DNA from: Escherichia coli
GTDB lineage: Bacteria > Pseudomonadota > Gammaproteobacteria > Enterobacterales > Enterobacteriaceae
Direction: 5' to 3' (one strand)
Length of the DNA: 64,000 nt
Assembly (NCBI RefSeq): GCF_965641715.1
Contig: NZ_OZ282455.1
Shown here: piece after piece, positions 40,622 through 50,916 of the stretch
Position numbering within the stretch: the stretch's first letter is position 1
How the letters are laid out: each line of letters begins with the position of its first letter
Position numbers and translations under genes: made by a program
Notes under the pieces: model-generated
Databases searched by the model: none
Told to the model about the DNA's origin: nothing
What the model saw: only the letters and a program-made list of their open reading frames with translations

Positions 40622-41436
40622 CGGGAGCCTCCTTCAGTGCCTATAAGCGGACGCCAGTGAGATTTCTGAAGATTGAATTCCGCATGATTTTTAAGGCGAC
40701 GAACACGATCTCCAGTGACCAGTTTTTTCCCGTCACCTGTAACGGTTTGCATTTGATCAGAAACATCCGGACGGGTGATCATGCCCTGACGCCAGAGAAG
40801 TGAGTACAGCATCATGCCCCGGTAATCACGGGTGAGGGTTTTCTGGTTGGCTTCAAGCGTCAGGTCGGCGTTTTGTCTTCCTTCCTGCCATCCCTGCCGT
40901 AATGCGGTTTCCCACACTTTTCGTTGCACGCTGTCTTCTGGAACGACGCTGCCTTCTGTACCCGGAGTGGCTGTTGTTGAAAGCCCCCGGAGAAGCCAGT
41001 CACGCCAGCCCGGTGGATTGCTGACAAAGCGTTCAGGGCGAATGATGGTCCAGACCCGGGAAGAGGTCCGGATTTGATCTGGCGTGATATGAGCTACGTC
41101 CTGTGCTTCATCAATAACCGGTGGTAGCCAGCCTTCCGGGCTAATCAGTGGCCGGAAATCGTATAAGGCATTAAGTGTGCTTTCCCGGGCGTTGAGCGCC
41201 TGAATCAGCTCCCATGAACGCTGAGCCTTGCCACCACGAAATCCAAGCGTTTTACCTGCGTCGGTCAGCATTTTCCAGCGTGTTTCTGACAGACTATCCG
41301 GCTTTTCACTTCGTGGTTTAAGCCATGCATTAATGTCAGGTGGTGGCGTATTGACACCACCTGGCGAGATGGTAGGGGAAGAAGAACAACCAGTAAGCAG
41401 TATTACTGGCAAAAGGAGAGAGGTGAGTGCTTTCAT
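40618..41436 (-). CDS. traI: TraI lipoprotein (DotC-like)
   Basis: 272-aa ORF with lipobox LTGC. Confidence 0.7.
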   Translation of the reverse strand: MKALTSLLLPVILLTGCSSSPTISPGGVNTPPPDINAWLKPRSEKPDSLSETRWKMLTDAGKTLGFRGGKAQRSWELIQALNARESTLNALYDFRPLISPEGWLPPVIDEAQDVAHITPDQIRTSSRVWTIIRPERFVSNPPGWRDWLLRGLSTTATPGTEGSVVPEDSVQRKVWETALRQGWQEGRQNADLTLEANQKTLTRDYRGMMLYSLLWRQGMITRPDVSDQMQTVTGDGKKLVTGDRVRRLKNHAEFNLQKSHWRPLIGTEGGSR

Positions 41437-41891
41437 TTTTTCCGGTTCTCCGGCTGCATGAAGCTGACCTGTAACAAGCCCGGATATTGATGGATTGTTG
41501 CTCTCCAGGCTGTCTGGGCTTCAATAAGTCTCAACGTATTGGAAAACGTCATATCCCGGACGTGAAGGTTGACTGGTAACGGCAGGCGGACACCATTGTA
41601 GTTAAACTGCATCCCCCTGACTCTGGCCAGTTCGTTCAGTAATTCAATTGCATCACCTTCCCAGTCAAAGGAAAGGCGATCGCTGTTAGCTGTCAGAAGA
41701 TGAGACCCCGTTGAAACCGGAAGTTGGCCGGAAAATACACCTTTGTCCCATAATGTGTACTGAGTGTGCCGGGTAACCGCCACATCAGAGGCAGCACCGT
41801 AGTTACGCGGAACAGGAGTATGCTGAGAAGGGGAGTTGCAGCCAGCCAGAAAAAGGGCGGCAAGACACCCCGCAGGTATAATACGGTTCAT
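41433..41891 (-). CDS. traH: TraH lipoprotein
   Basis: 152-aa ORF with lipobox LAGC. Confidence 0.65.
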   Translation of the reverse strand: MNRIIPAGCLAALFLAGCNSPSQHTPVPRNYGAASDVAVTRHTQYTLWDKGVFSGQLPVSTGSHLLTANSDRLSFDWEGDAIELLNELARVRGMQFNYNGVRLPLPVNLHVRDMTFSNTLRLIEAQTAWRATIHQYPGLLQVSFMQPENRKK

Positions 41892-42096
41892 AATAATTCC
41901 TGAGCAGTTAAATCAGAATGGGATATACCGGTGCTCCGGTACAGACAGGATGATGTTTGTTTCCGGCTATACTTGCGTTACCGGAAATAAATGCCAGTGT
42001 GGCCAGGTAAATAGCCTCATAGTTTACTGAAGGTGATTATTCCTGATACTGGCTGGTTGATGTGTCGTCAGACATAAAACGAATATGAGCGTAATC

Positions 42097-42230
42097 TTTA
42101 ACGCTCCGCGCCGAATCGATCCATGATGGATGACTCGACGATTTATGAATCGAACGTACCGGCGCTTGTCCCTGAAACAGTTCCCGGCCCTCGTCCGGAT
42201 AACCTGCAATTCAGACAGGCACATGTGCCC
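42097..42230. repeat. conserved ~135-bp intergenic element, copy A (between traG and traH)
   Basis: Shares TAACGCTCCGCGCCGAA.CGATCCATGATGG and CCCTCGTCC.GA.AA.C.GCA.TTC.GACA blocks with copies at 62168-62300 and 63231-63365. Confidence 0.6.
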
Positions 42231-42285
42231 GTACACTCTTGTATCTTACTGAGTATATCAGAATTTATGTAAATTCAAATATCCT

Positions 42286-42870
42286 CTATGCCTCTTTGTT
42301 GTATTTTCCGTCAAGTATGAGCCGGGTACCATCGTAATGCATGATCAGGGCATCAAGGTACGCCGGTTTGAATTTCTTGCCGAGCCTATCTCTGGCCAGA
42401 AATGATAAACAATGATTATGTGTCATTATTACTATGTTCCTTTTATGAGATTCTCTTGCGATTGATTCAAGCGTCTTATAAAGATCATTATTGCAGTCTG
42501 ATAAACTGTCCATAACGACGGGTTCTTTACCGGAGAAGAATTTTGCAGTTTGTATGGTTCTTACCGCATTGCTGGAGTAAATATCATATTCACTGAAGAT
42601 TGTTGCGAACTTAATACCTTCCTGCTGTGCTTTCTCTGTACCGGTAATAGTGATTCCGCTTTTATCCGAATAGCATGGCATATCTGAACGGTCGCAACGT
42701 TCTCCATGGCGGAAAAGGAAAATAACGGTGTTATCAGCATTAATTTCTTTTGCCTGTTCCAGGGTGATATCGGGAAGCGAGCTTTTTGCTTTTGTCACTG
42801 CCGCTACCAGGAAAACAGAAAATAAAAGAATGAATGCTGTTTTTGAATAAGAAGAACGTGGTTTCATCAT
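42286..42870 (-). CDS. traG: periplasmic histidine-phosphatase-family protein (Ais/PmrG-like) at the traG position
   Basis: Signal peptide plus RHGERCDRS...HNHCL motifs resembling Ais (LPS core heptose phosphate phosphatase) as I remember it; gene name by position only. Confidence 0.55.
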   Translation of the reverse strand: MMKPRSSYSKTAFILLFSVFLVAAVTKAKSSLPDITLEQAKEINADNTVIFLFRHGERCDRSDMPCYSDKSGITITGTEKAQQEGIKFATIFSEYDIYSSNAVRTIQTAKFFSGKEPVVMDSLSDCNNDLYKTLESIARESHKRNIVIMTHNHCLSFLARDRLGKKFKPAYLDALIMHYDGTRLILDGKYNKEA

Positions 42871-42929
42871 GTTATTTAAACTGAATATAAAAATACCCCC
42901 GGGTTTAGTGCCGGGGGCGGGGACAGTAA

Positions 42930-44132
42930 TCAGAAAGTGAACTGAAGTTGTGCCATTGCACCGTAATCGTGGTCAGTTCCTACCAGGCCGGAAACATCGA
43001 TATGTACGACGTCAAATGGAGAGATACCAACGCCAGCGGTGAAGGCGCTTCCGGAGTTTGATGCCATGTTCTGACGATAACCGGCACGCAATTGCGCCCA
43101 TTTCCATGCGTTAAATTCAGCACCAACACTTGCAAACTGACGTTTGCTGTCAGAAGTGAAGCCACTGGCAGGAGTCAGATCAATGTCAAGAGCAGTGGTA
43201 AACAGGTCATTATGCCAGGATACACCGGCGGTTGCCTGCGGACGAACTTTGAAGGTTTCTTTAAAGCCATTGACGACTTTAGTATCAATACTGCGTGGAA
43301 TGATGTTCTGGGCAACAAGACCGACAGTCCAGTTGTCATTCAGGTCTGTATAAGCACCAATATCGGCGTTGAATCCGTTTTTCGTGTTGTGGTACTTGTC
43401 ACCGTCAAAATCGTCTTTGTCGTAATCACGAACCGTTACGTTGTAGTTAAACAGGTCCACACGCTGATATTTTGGTGTGACGCCAAGAGACCATTTTTGT
43501 CCGGCCGTTTCCAGTTCTTTGGCAAATGAAATTCCGACGTCGGTAATTACAGCTGCACGCCCGAATGCGCGTGAGGTCAGGGCATTCTTATCGACGTCGG
43601 TAATTGTTCCATTGGCAACTTTGTCCAGATAATCCAGGTCTGCATCGTTTACTTTTCCGTTTACGCTGACAGTTCCGTAAGACTTGACCATAAGGGCAAA
43701 CGGCAGAGTGTCATTTGCCATGGCTGCTACAGCTGATACACCTACCTGAGCATCTGCATTGATATTGCGGAATTCCTGCAGACGATGTTTAAGATTTGCC
43801 GCTGCCTGTTGTACGCCATGCTGGTTATCTACAGCACTGTCAAACAAATCCCAGTCATCTTTAACATCATCAGCTTTATTTGATACATCATCAGGATCAG
43901 CAACTTGTGCCCCAACAGACGGCAGAAGAAGGCTGAAATCATCATTGCTGTTGTGCTTTGTCAGTAAAGCCGGGTTTGCCAGAGGTGCCACACCATAATG
44001 GGAAGATGCTACCCCGGTACCACCCATTGCATCGTTACGCGCTTCAAAATATGACGTCGCTGCTGCAGCGTTAAAGGAAAATAATACAGCAGATGCAATG
44101 ATGGTGCGGGTAATATGATTTTTCTTCATCAT
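42930..44132 (-). CDS. traF: predicted outer-membrane beta-barrel protein at the traF position
   Basis: 400-aa ORF with signal peptide and C-terminal ...LQFTF terminal aromatic typical of OMPs; name by position. Confidence 0.55.
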   Translation of the reverse strand: MMKKNHITRTIIASAVLFSFNAAAATSYFEARNDAMGGTGVASSHYGVAPLANPALLTKHNSNDDFSLLLPSVGAQVADPDDVSNKADDVKDDWDLFDSAVDNQHGVQQAAANLKHRLQEFRNINADAQVGVSAVAAMANDTLPFALMVKSYGTVSVNGKVNDADLDYLDKVANGTITDVDKNALTSRAFGRAAVITDVGISFAKELETAGQKWSLGVTPKYQRVDLFNYNVTVRDYDKDDFDGDKYHNTKNGFNADIGAYTDLNDNWTVGLVAQNIIPRSIDTKVVNGFKETFKVRPQATAGVSWHNDLFTTALDIDLTPASGFTSDSKRQFASVGAEFNAWKWAQLRAGYRQNMASNSGSAFTAGVGISPFDVVHIDVSGLVGTDHDYGAMAQLQFTF

Positions 44133-44216
44133 TTAATTTCCTGTTTATCAGAATTTAGACAAAACAACGCTATGACACGGATGTGCCGTAATTTTTACTT
44201 TGGTACTATCTGGTAT

Positions 44217-45041
44217 TTACCAGGGTAATAAAGACGTATTAAATAAGCTAACAGGTAGTATTTGCCCTGTAATAAGGTTCCCGGCAAGGCCAGGTCTCAA
44301 CGTGACGCGTCGCAAAGACATTGTTGTATTCTGCCTGGTTGTATATTCAGTTAACCATTTTCTTTTTTCATCGTTCAGAAGTGTTGGTGATAATGATAGT
44401 GCCGGATATATTACAGAGCCATTTATTTCTTTTTTCTGTCTCAATATTACCCCGCAATATTCTCTTTTCGTGTTTCCGGCGAAGGGGAAACTATGCCAGA
44501 AAATAACTTCAGTGTTGCTGCTATCACTAATAAGCATTCTGAAATTATCAGCAGTATCTGGCCATTCACCGGACAACGCTATCGGATAGTTTTCATGGCC
44601 ATTCAGCCAGTCCGGATTGAGATTAAAACATTCAGCAAGATGTTCGAGAGCGTCAGCTGAAAGATAGTCTGCAAGTCTGGCCGGGTCCTGTATAACCGTG
44701 GAGCGGATATTCCATGGCGACAGCAATGTTGCCAGTAATGGCGCATTTATATCATGCGACAGCATGATGTATTCAATTCTGCTTATTATGTTTCCTGTGG
44801 TGTTATCCGCAGGCATAAACATATTATGAAGAGCATCCTCAAGCAGGATTCGGGTTAAATCAGCGGTGGATATGGCTAATTGTTCGCTCATTATCCCCAG
44901 AACTTCTCTTACCCCTTGGGGGTAACGGACCTGCAGAGGTGTCGGGTTTATCTGACGACCGTTGATGAGTTTTTCGCCGATTGCTTTTTTGTCCAGCGAG
45001 AGCATCATTCGGGCCGCAATACCGGTCGTATTCAGTCTCAT
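44217..45041 (-). CDS. traE: hypothetical protein at the traE position
   Basis: 274-aa ORF; name by position only. Confidence 0.5.
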   Translation of the reverse strand: MRLNTTGIAARMMLSLDKKAIGEKLINGRQINPTPLQVRYPQGVREVLGIMSEQLAISTADLTRILLEDALHNMFMPADNTTGNIISRIEYIMLSHDINAPLLATLLSPWNIRSTVIQDPARLADYLSADALEHLAECFNLNPDWLNGHENYPIALSGEWPDTADNFRMLISDSSNTEVIFWHSFPFAGNTKREYCGVILRQKKEINGSVIYPALSLSPTLLNDEKRKWLTEYTTRQNTTMSLRRVTLRPGLAGNLITGQILPVSLFNTSLLPW

Positions 45042-45191
45042 TGTTCCTCCGACTGAAAAAGTCTTTTCAGCTCATGTGGTTATTGTATCTTCGGTGTTTT
45101 TTCTGGTGAAACGAATAATTTCGATCATGCAGATCGAATGTGTTTGGCGAGTTGTTGCAACTCGCCTTTCTGTATGTGTTTTGAATGATGT

Positions 45192-46346
45192 TTACAGCGG
45201 GGTGCTGCCCGGGTTCAGAGGGCAAATCATAATGTAGTCAGGGTCGTTAACAGGTAACGCTCCGGGAGATGGGACACGTTCGCCTTTCTGTGCTGCAATG
45301 GCCAGTGTACGCAACAAAACCTCACTGGCGCGGTGAACTGCTTCCTCTTTCGTTGTGGCAGTGACGTGAAGGTTATCAAAATCACCGATCTCAATACGAT
45401 GCGCTTTCTGCCCATTTTCTTCATCGATGGTCGTGATATGGGCAGGATACGGCACAAACCATGCTGCCACTTTTTGTGTCTGCCGCCGGCGGGCATCAAG
45501 CTTACTGACCAGTTGCCATGCACGAAGATGAGTATACCGTTTCAGCATATTCATGGAACGATGTCCTGATATTGCAGCAATCTCCATTACATTCAGGCTA
45601 CCCAGTTCGAAGAAGCGGCTTATTGCTTCATGCCGTAGATCGTGAAAATGCAGGTCCTCGATGCGAAGTCGTTGTGTGGCTATTCTCCAGGCATTTTTAA
45701 AGCCGGATGCGGTGTAATCAAAAACATTGCCGTGGAGATTAACGGGCATCATCTGAAGAAAGTTACGGGCACGTCTGGACAGAGGAACATCCCGTGAGTG
45801 ACCGTTTTTGGTTTCAGGTAAATGAGCCACACCGTGGCGCAAATCAATGTGCTCCCAACGTAAGGCCAGTATTTCGCCCTGCCGCATGGCTGTCTCAAGG
45901 GCAAGATGGAAAATGACATACAACATCAGATTTTTTTCGCGGAAATAGCGAGAAAGGCGACGTTCTTCTGAAGACGTTAGCCGGCGATCTCGTCCCGAGG
46001 ATACTTTCGGCTTGCGAACCAGTTCAACCGGGTTAGTACGACAGGTTCCCCATTCAACACGAGCAATATTGAACAGAGATGACAGAAGGGCGAGTTCAAG
46101 ACGTACAGTATTACCTGTAATGGGTTTACCCGTTCGGGGGTTGATTTCTGCTAAACGAACGTCTCTGTATGTAGCAATATCAACGGTTGTTATTTCGTCC
46201 ATATTCCGAAGGGCAATGGGATATCGCTTGATAACATTGCTCCGGTAAAACTCCTGTTGATGCCCTTTCTTGTGAACAGAAACTGTTTTCAGGTACTTAT
46301 CCAGTGCGCGTGACAGGGACATTTTACGGATGCGTGGAGACGGCAT
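45192..46346 (-). CDS. rci: shufflon-specific tyrosine recombinase Rci
   Basis: 384-aa product from MPSPRIRK with tyrosine-recombinase motifs ([14 protein letters not shown]); adjacent to 19-bp sfx repeats. Confidence 0.9.
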   Translation of the reverse strand: MPSPRIRKMSLSRALDKYLKTVSVHKKGHQQEFYRSNVIKRYPIALRNMDEITTVDIATYRDVRLAEINPRTGKPITGNTVRLELALLSSLFNIARVEWGTCRTNPVELVRKPKVSSGRDRRLTSSEERRLSRYFREKNLMLYVIFHLALETAMRQGEILALRWEHIDLRHGVAHLPETKNGHSRDVPLSRRARNFLQMMPVNLHGNVFDYTASGFKNAWRIATQRLRIEDLHFHDLRHEAISRFFELGSLNVMEIAAISGHRSMNMLKRYTHLRAWQLVSKLDARRRQTQKVAAWFVPYPAHITTIDEENGQKAHRIEIGDFDNLHVTATTKEEAVHRASEVLLRTLAIAAQKGERVPSPGALPVNDPDYIMICPLNPGSTPL

Positions 46347-46397
46347 GCTAACCTCAAAAGAGGCAAAAAATAATGCCAACAATCATTCTCTGCAAGC

Positions 46398-46416
46398 GTG
46401 CCAATCCGGTACCTGG
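46398..46416 (+). repeat. sfx 19-bp repeat 1
   Basis: gtgccaatccggtacctgg. Confidence 0.85.
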
Positions 46417-46871
46417 GGCGCTCCTAAAATTCAATTCACAACGCAGACCTACAACATAGCTAAAAACACTCGTAATTTAAGGCTCGGGGTCCATGCATAT
46501 TGCTCATGGACTTACCTGAATGGCTCACCCTTTGGTGGTTTTCAACAGGTATATTCCGACCAAAACAACGTTTGGTATGTGAGTAATTATGCTTGGGGAA
46601 ATTATGAGTCTGGTGGGACCATATCAGTCACATGCCTCAATCTTCCTGGTGCTGGAGCTTAATTAAAGGGGCAACAGTAGGCATCGACATGTTCCTCATC
46701 AACACCATCACCAATACCGTACATGCGTGTTCCAGTCATAATGTATCCAGTCGGACATTGAATCGGCTTGTAATAGATCGAACCACCACTCTTACCGCCG
46801 ATAAAGTGATTCATTGCTACGGATGATTTGTACCAATTACATGCTGAGTAATTAATTTTATTACCCCCTGA

Positions 46872-46890
46872 CCACCGACCGGATTGGCAC
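46872..46890 (-). repeat. sfx 19-bp repeat 2 (inverted)
   Basis: ccaccgaccggattggcac. Confidence 0.8.
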
Positions 46891-46898
46891 TGGCCTAC

Positions 46899-46917
46899 GT
46901 GCCAATCCGGTACCTGG
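46899..46917 (+). repeat. sfx 19-bp repeat 3
   Basis: gtgccaatccggtacctgg. Confidence 0.85.
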
Positions 46918-47404
46918 AAATCATCATCAGCGTCGATATGGACGAATATAAAAACATTTACGTTATATCCCAAAAACACACAGGTCTTAGGGAGGTTTAA
47001 ACTGTGTATTAACACCTATCGTATTGACGGGCGTGAAATGGCAGAAACAGAAGTCGTTCCTATTGACATGCCTGACTCTAACGGCGAGATGACTTGGCAA
47101 GCCAAAAACTACACACAGTATTCGTCCTACTTTATGAAGATTACTTGCTTGAAATAGCTTATTGGCAAATGGCATATACAGTTATTGAACCATTCTGATC
47201 TTCGGTTGTATCGCACGCAGCCGACCATGAGTTATTGGCTGATGGGAATGACCTGGTAAGCCATATGTAACCAGTTCGTGAGGTGCATATTCCGCCGCCA
47301 CCTGTAACACGTTTTCCAGTTGGACAGGTAGCTGTTGCTCCAGGAAAGCGCCAACCTGTGGCCTGTGCTGTAGCAATTTGAAGCTCACCAGATCCTACCT
47401 TTCT

Positions 47405-47423
47405 CCAGGTACCGGATTGGCAC
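47405..47423 (-). repeat. sfx 19-bp repeat 4 (inverted)
   Basis: ccaggtaccggattggcac. Confidence 0.85.
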
Positions 47424-47431
47424 GTAGGCCA

Positions 47432-47450
47432 GTGCCAATCCGGTACGTGG
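47432..47450 (+). repeat. sfx 19-bp repeat 5
   Basis: gtgccaatccggtacgtgg. Confidence 0.85.
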
Positions 47451-47650
47451 GGGACAATAGGTGGAAAACTCAAAGTTACTCAGCTTTCCACCACAGGTTA
47501 TCTGGGGCAATTCGACTTCTGTGCCATTGCCAGAATGGGCAACGCAGAGGATGCCCACTACTGCCAGGTAGTTGAGAGCCCAGCAGGTTCACGCAAATGG
47601 TACAAATACGAGCATAAGACAGGTTGTATTGCGTCGTGTGTAACGCTCAA

Positions 47651-49087
47651 TTAAGTTTGATATCCAAATACTGAAAATACCCCGGCACCACATGATGTAT
47701 TTTCTGTTGGATAGGATGTTATCTGATAGGAAGTACCTGCAGGTACAGCAAAGCTGATAAAGGCTGTTTTTCCATATGCAGGGTTATTACTGGCATTCAC
47801 GCTAATTAGCGTCCCACCAACATATCCCTGCAGTCGGGATGTATTTGCACATGCACCTCCGGCAGATCCTCCATTACCTCCAGATGCATAAATAAACAAT
47901 GTACTGCCCCCTGAATTCCGCCCTGAGAATGAACCTCTATGTGAACCTAAGTTTGTGTAAGAACCATTGAGCGAACCAGAAGTCTTCCACGTACCGGATT
48001 GGCACGAAAGTATTGCCCCTGTATTATCGCGGCCTACAAGGCCGTTAGGCGAACATGATGCGCCAGCAACGGCAGTTCTTTCCAGTTGTAAGTATTCACC
48101 AGTATAAAGGCGACCATCAGCCCGAACAGTACCGCCTTTCACCTGACCGCCGGTATAGATGCCCTTGTTGTTTACACTTCGAACCCATGATCCGTCGGAC
48201 ATATAAAATCCGCCACCGTGAGTTTCATTGAGCCAGCCTTTGCTGTTACGAGTAATTAACCAACCATTATTACTTCTGATATCACCGCCAGCGGTGACAT
48301 TTACGTCAAAGTTTCCGCTATTGCCTTTTACCTGACCGCTGAAAGTGCCATTTACACCATTCACATTGCCGCTGAAATTACCAGTCTGGGCATTTACTGC
48401 CCCAATGTTATTCAGGTTATTTGATCCCATATCAATGGCCGTGTGCATTTTGTTTAAGTCAGGGCGACCATTGACCTGGAATCTGTAAAGACGATCAGTG
48501 TCCTCTGCTGCACCACTAAGTTCATCTGTCGATAACAGTACGGCAATATGCCCGTTACCGCTTTTGGCACCATAATTACTTAAAGCTACTGACCAGGAAC
48601 GTAATGCACCTGTGGCTGTTTTGCCGTCCTGGATATATCCACCAAGACCAGTGGTAATATCCTTAGCCATCTGGATAAGTGCTTTCACTGGATAAGGGGT
48701 GCCACCACTGGATACAACCATTGCCTGTAGTAATTCCGGGTTTTGGGCGTTTCGAACTACATATGCCTGTAACCGCTGCCCCTCGCTGTTTGTCTCAATA
48801 AAGCCGCTGGACAAAAAGCCGGTATTTTTCAGCATGGTTGTCGTGATAACGGCAGGGGTTGATGTGGTACTACTTGCCTGGAGAGTTGTGTAGTTTTTCC
48901 CTATATAAGAGCGGGCTGCACTGGCCCAGTTGCTGACAAGACGAGCTTCAGCCTGCCAACCTTTGGTTTTTAAATAGTCCTGCCATATGCCTGCTCCCCA
49001 GGCAACTATGATCATAACAATCAATAAAGCCGCGCCAATTTCCAGCGATGCCCAGCCTCGGTCATATTTTTTCATCAGATTACCCAT
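47651..49087 (-). CDS. pilV: thin-pilus tip adhesin PilV (constant region fused to the currently adjacent shufflon segment)
   Basis: 478-aa ORF with type IV prepilin-like N-terminus; crosses sfx repeat 6 into the shufflon. Confidence 0.85.
   Translation of the reverse strand: MGNLMKKYDRGWASLEIGAALLIVMIIVAWGAGIWQDYLKTKGWQAEARLVSNWASAARSYIGKNYTTLQASSTTSTPAVITTTMLKNTGFLSSGFIETNSEGQRLQAYVVRNAQNPELLQAMVVSSGGTPYPVKALIQMAKDITTGLGGYIQDGKTATGALRSWSVALSNYGAKSGNGHIAVLLSTDELSGAAEDTDRLYRFQVNGRPDLNKMHTAIDMGSNNLNNIGAVNAQTGNFSGNVNGVNGTFSGQVKGNSGNFDVNVTAGGDIRSNNGWLITRNSKGWLNETHGGGFYMSDGSWVRSVNNKGIYTGGQVKGGTVRADGRLYTGEYLQLERTAVAGASCSPNGLVGRDNTGAILSCQSGTWKTSGSLNGSYTNLGSHRGSFSGRNSGGSTLFIYASGGNGGSAGGACANTSRLQGYVGGTLISVNASNNPAYGKTAFISFAVPAGTSYQITSYPTENTSCGAGVFSVFGYQT
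47987..48005 (-). repeat. sfx 19-bp repeat 6 (inverted), junction with the pilV constant region
   Basis: ccacgtaccggattggcac; encodes the ...CQSGTW... junction of PilV. Confidence 0.85.
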
Positions 49088-49731
49088 AGTGGTTGATAAA
49101 GATTATCCAGTAGCAAAAGGACATGGCCAAGACACAGCCATGGACCCAGTGGGCCTTCTTTATGTCCTTTTATGCACCATGTTGAATGCCATAAGACAAA
49201 TCCTCCTGCGCCCAGCAACACACTCCATATGGCGTTATATAGCCCTGACCATGCGGTAATACCTGCAATAAGCCACAGGTCTCCTGTGCCAATATTAAGA
49301 CGATGGCGGTTAACCAGTTTATGCAGACAGAATAAGACAATTGCGGCAGAGACAATTTCTGTTGCACGGAGCCACCATATATCAGTTGTGATTTGTGATA
49401 ATATTCCAGCGATTAAAAAACGCCTGGTGAATGTACCAGGTAAGAGGCCTGTTAGTGCATCCGTTACTGCCATTTGCAGCATGAACGAAAGAATAAGAAC
49501 AGCATGAATACGGTAGAGAAGTTGGGATGGCGATAAAATAATTAATGCCACAGCTATACTATATAGCCATATTCCTGACAGAACTGCAGTGTGTGTCTTA
49601 TACCAGAGATGTTCTGTATCAGATAAAAAATAACGAACTCTGAATAACAGAGTTCGTCCAATAATGGAAAATATGAACATCAATGGGAGGATATAAACAG
49701 GGGAGAGACTTATGCCTACGATTGTCTGCAT
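49075..49731 (-). CDS. pilU: prepilin peptidase PilU
   Basis: Polytopic membrane ORF; start at internal Met gives 218 aa; synteny. Confidence 0.7.
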   Translation of the reverse strand: MQTIVGISLSPVYILPLMFIFSIIGRTLLFRVRYFLSDTEHLWYKTHTAVLSGIWLYSIAVALIILSPSQLLYRIHAVLILSFMLQMAVTDALTGLLPGTFTRRFLIAGILSQITTDIWWLRATEIVSAAIVLFCLHKLVNRHRLNIGTGDLWLIAGITAWSGLYNAIWSVLLGAGGFVLWHSTWCIKGHKEGPLGPWLCLGHVLLLLDNLYQPLWVI

Positions 49732-50276
49732 TGTCTGCCTCCCTGCCCGGGAAGGCATATCCCTTTCATGTCACGATAAATTCTCCATACTTTATTAGCA
49801 TATTGCTCTCTTGTTTCATGTCTGTCCTTACGGAATCCGGCATTGTATGATCCAAGGCAATTCCAGCTGACGCCACATATCTGAAAATGTCTTGCCAGTA
49901 TCCAGCTTCCTATATGGATATTAAGACATGGTTTGGTAATTAAATCCTCAGACTTTTTGATTACGCCCATCTTTATAAGCTTTGGAATATGGGTTGAGTT
50001 TATTTGCATCAACCCATAATCCGTACTACTGGCTTTGCCTGTTTTTCTGTCCTTATTTATGTTAATTGCGCCCGGCTTCAATGAAGATTCCCCGGCAGAA
50101 ATGGCCTTCAACAATAATGGTTCAATTTGATAGCGTGCGCCGGCGGCGGCAAAGCAATTGTCCCACTTGTTAGTCCAGATTTGTTTGGGGGCGATGTATG
50201 AAGCTCGGGCGGGATAAATAAGAGAACAAAGCAGGATTAATGAAATAAGTCTGAGGGGCACTTTACCCCCGGACAT
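49716..50276 (-). CDS. pilT: lytic transglycosylase PilT
   Basis: 186-aa ORF with signal peptide and SLT-domain motifs (ES...GLMQIN...Y). Confidence 0.75.
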   Translation of the reverse strand: MSGGKVPLRLISLILLCSLIYPARASYIAPKQIWTNKWDNCFAAAGARYQIEPLLLKAISAGESSLKPGAININKDRKTGKASSTDYGLMQINSTHIPKLIKMGVIKKSEDLITKPCLNIHIGSWILARHFQICGVSWNCLGSYNAGFRKDRHETREQYANKVWRIYRDMKGICLPGQGGRQCRQS

Positions 50277-50285
50277 TAAAACTCC

Positions 50286-50900
50286 TTAGCCATTGATGGT
50301 GAAGATTAGTTTGTTTGTACCGGTGCTGCCATTATCAGCTGTGCATTGCGCACTGGCTTCTTCAGTAGTGACTTTTCCATCATTGTGAGTCGTACTGTTC
50401 AGGGTAATACCGTTAGTTAAACCAGTACGACTGATTTGTGTGGCAATCTGGATACAGGCATCCTGTGGGACTTTTTCATAGGTGACGGTAAAACCATTGT
50501 TGAAACCTGATGTTGAAGCCGGAGCAACAGTTACGGCACCGCCCCATGAGTTATAGAGCGTTGCAGTACCTGATGATGGAGTACCACGCACTGTCATAGT
50601 CTTGGGTACGCCACCCATCTGAATGAGAGCACCCGTCATTTTGGTTCCACTGGTAAACGTATATCCATCGCTACCTTTTAGCAGCCCCTGAGTACTTGTG
50701 ATGATTGTCTGTATGTTCGAGCTTTCATTTGCCACACCGGTTCGTGAACGCAACATATACAATCCACCAAAAACAAGGGCAAGTACGATAATTACAACAA
50801 GTGCTATTGCACCCTGTTCCATAATACCCCAGCCTTTGTCATGAGACGTTTCTTTCTCATTTTTCTTCAGAGCGTTAACATCAATATTTTGGATTAACAT
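50286..50900 (-). CDS. pilS: type IV prepilin PilS (thin-pilus major pilin)
   Basis: Leader followed by G/WGIMEQGAIALVVIIV hydrophobic pilin N-terminus. Confidence 0.8.
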   Translation of the reverse strand: MLIQNIDVNALKKNEKETSHDKGWGIMEQGAIALVVIIVLALVFGGLYMLRSRTGVANESSNIQTIITSTQGLLKGSDGYTFTSGTKMTGALIQMGGVPKTMTVRGTPSSGTATLYNSWGGAVTVAPASTSGFNNGFTVTYEKVPQDACIQIATQISRTGLTNGITLNSTTHNDGKVTTEEASAQCTADNGSTGTNKLIFTING

Positions 50901-50916
50901 AAATACCTCGTTTTAT

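Larger units (their letters stand above)
46398..48005. mobile_element. shufflon: multiple-inversion region with six 19-bp sfx repeats and three invertible segments
   Basis: Repeats GTGCCAATCCGGTAC(C/G)TGG in alternating orientation at 46398, 46872, 46899, 47405, 47432 and 47987; each segment carries alternative pilV C-terminal reading frames on both strands. Confidence 0.85.

Noticed and set aside
46398-48005. Possible CRISPR array suggested by recurring 19-bp repeats
   Set aside because: Repeats are in alternating orientation with 450-540-bp coding spacers and an adjacent tyrosine recombinase: a shufflon, not CRISPR.
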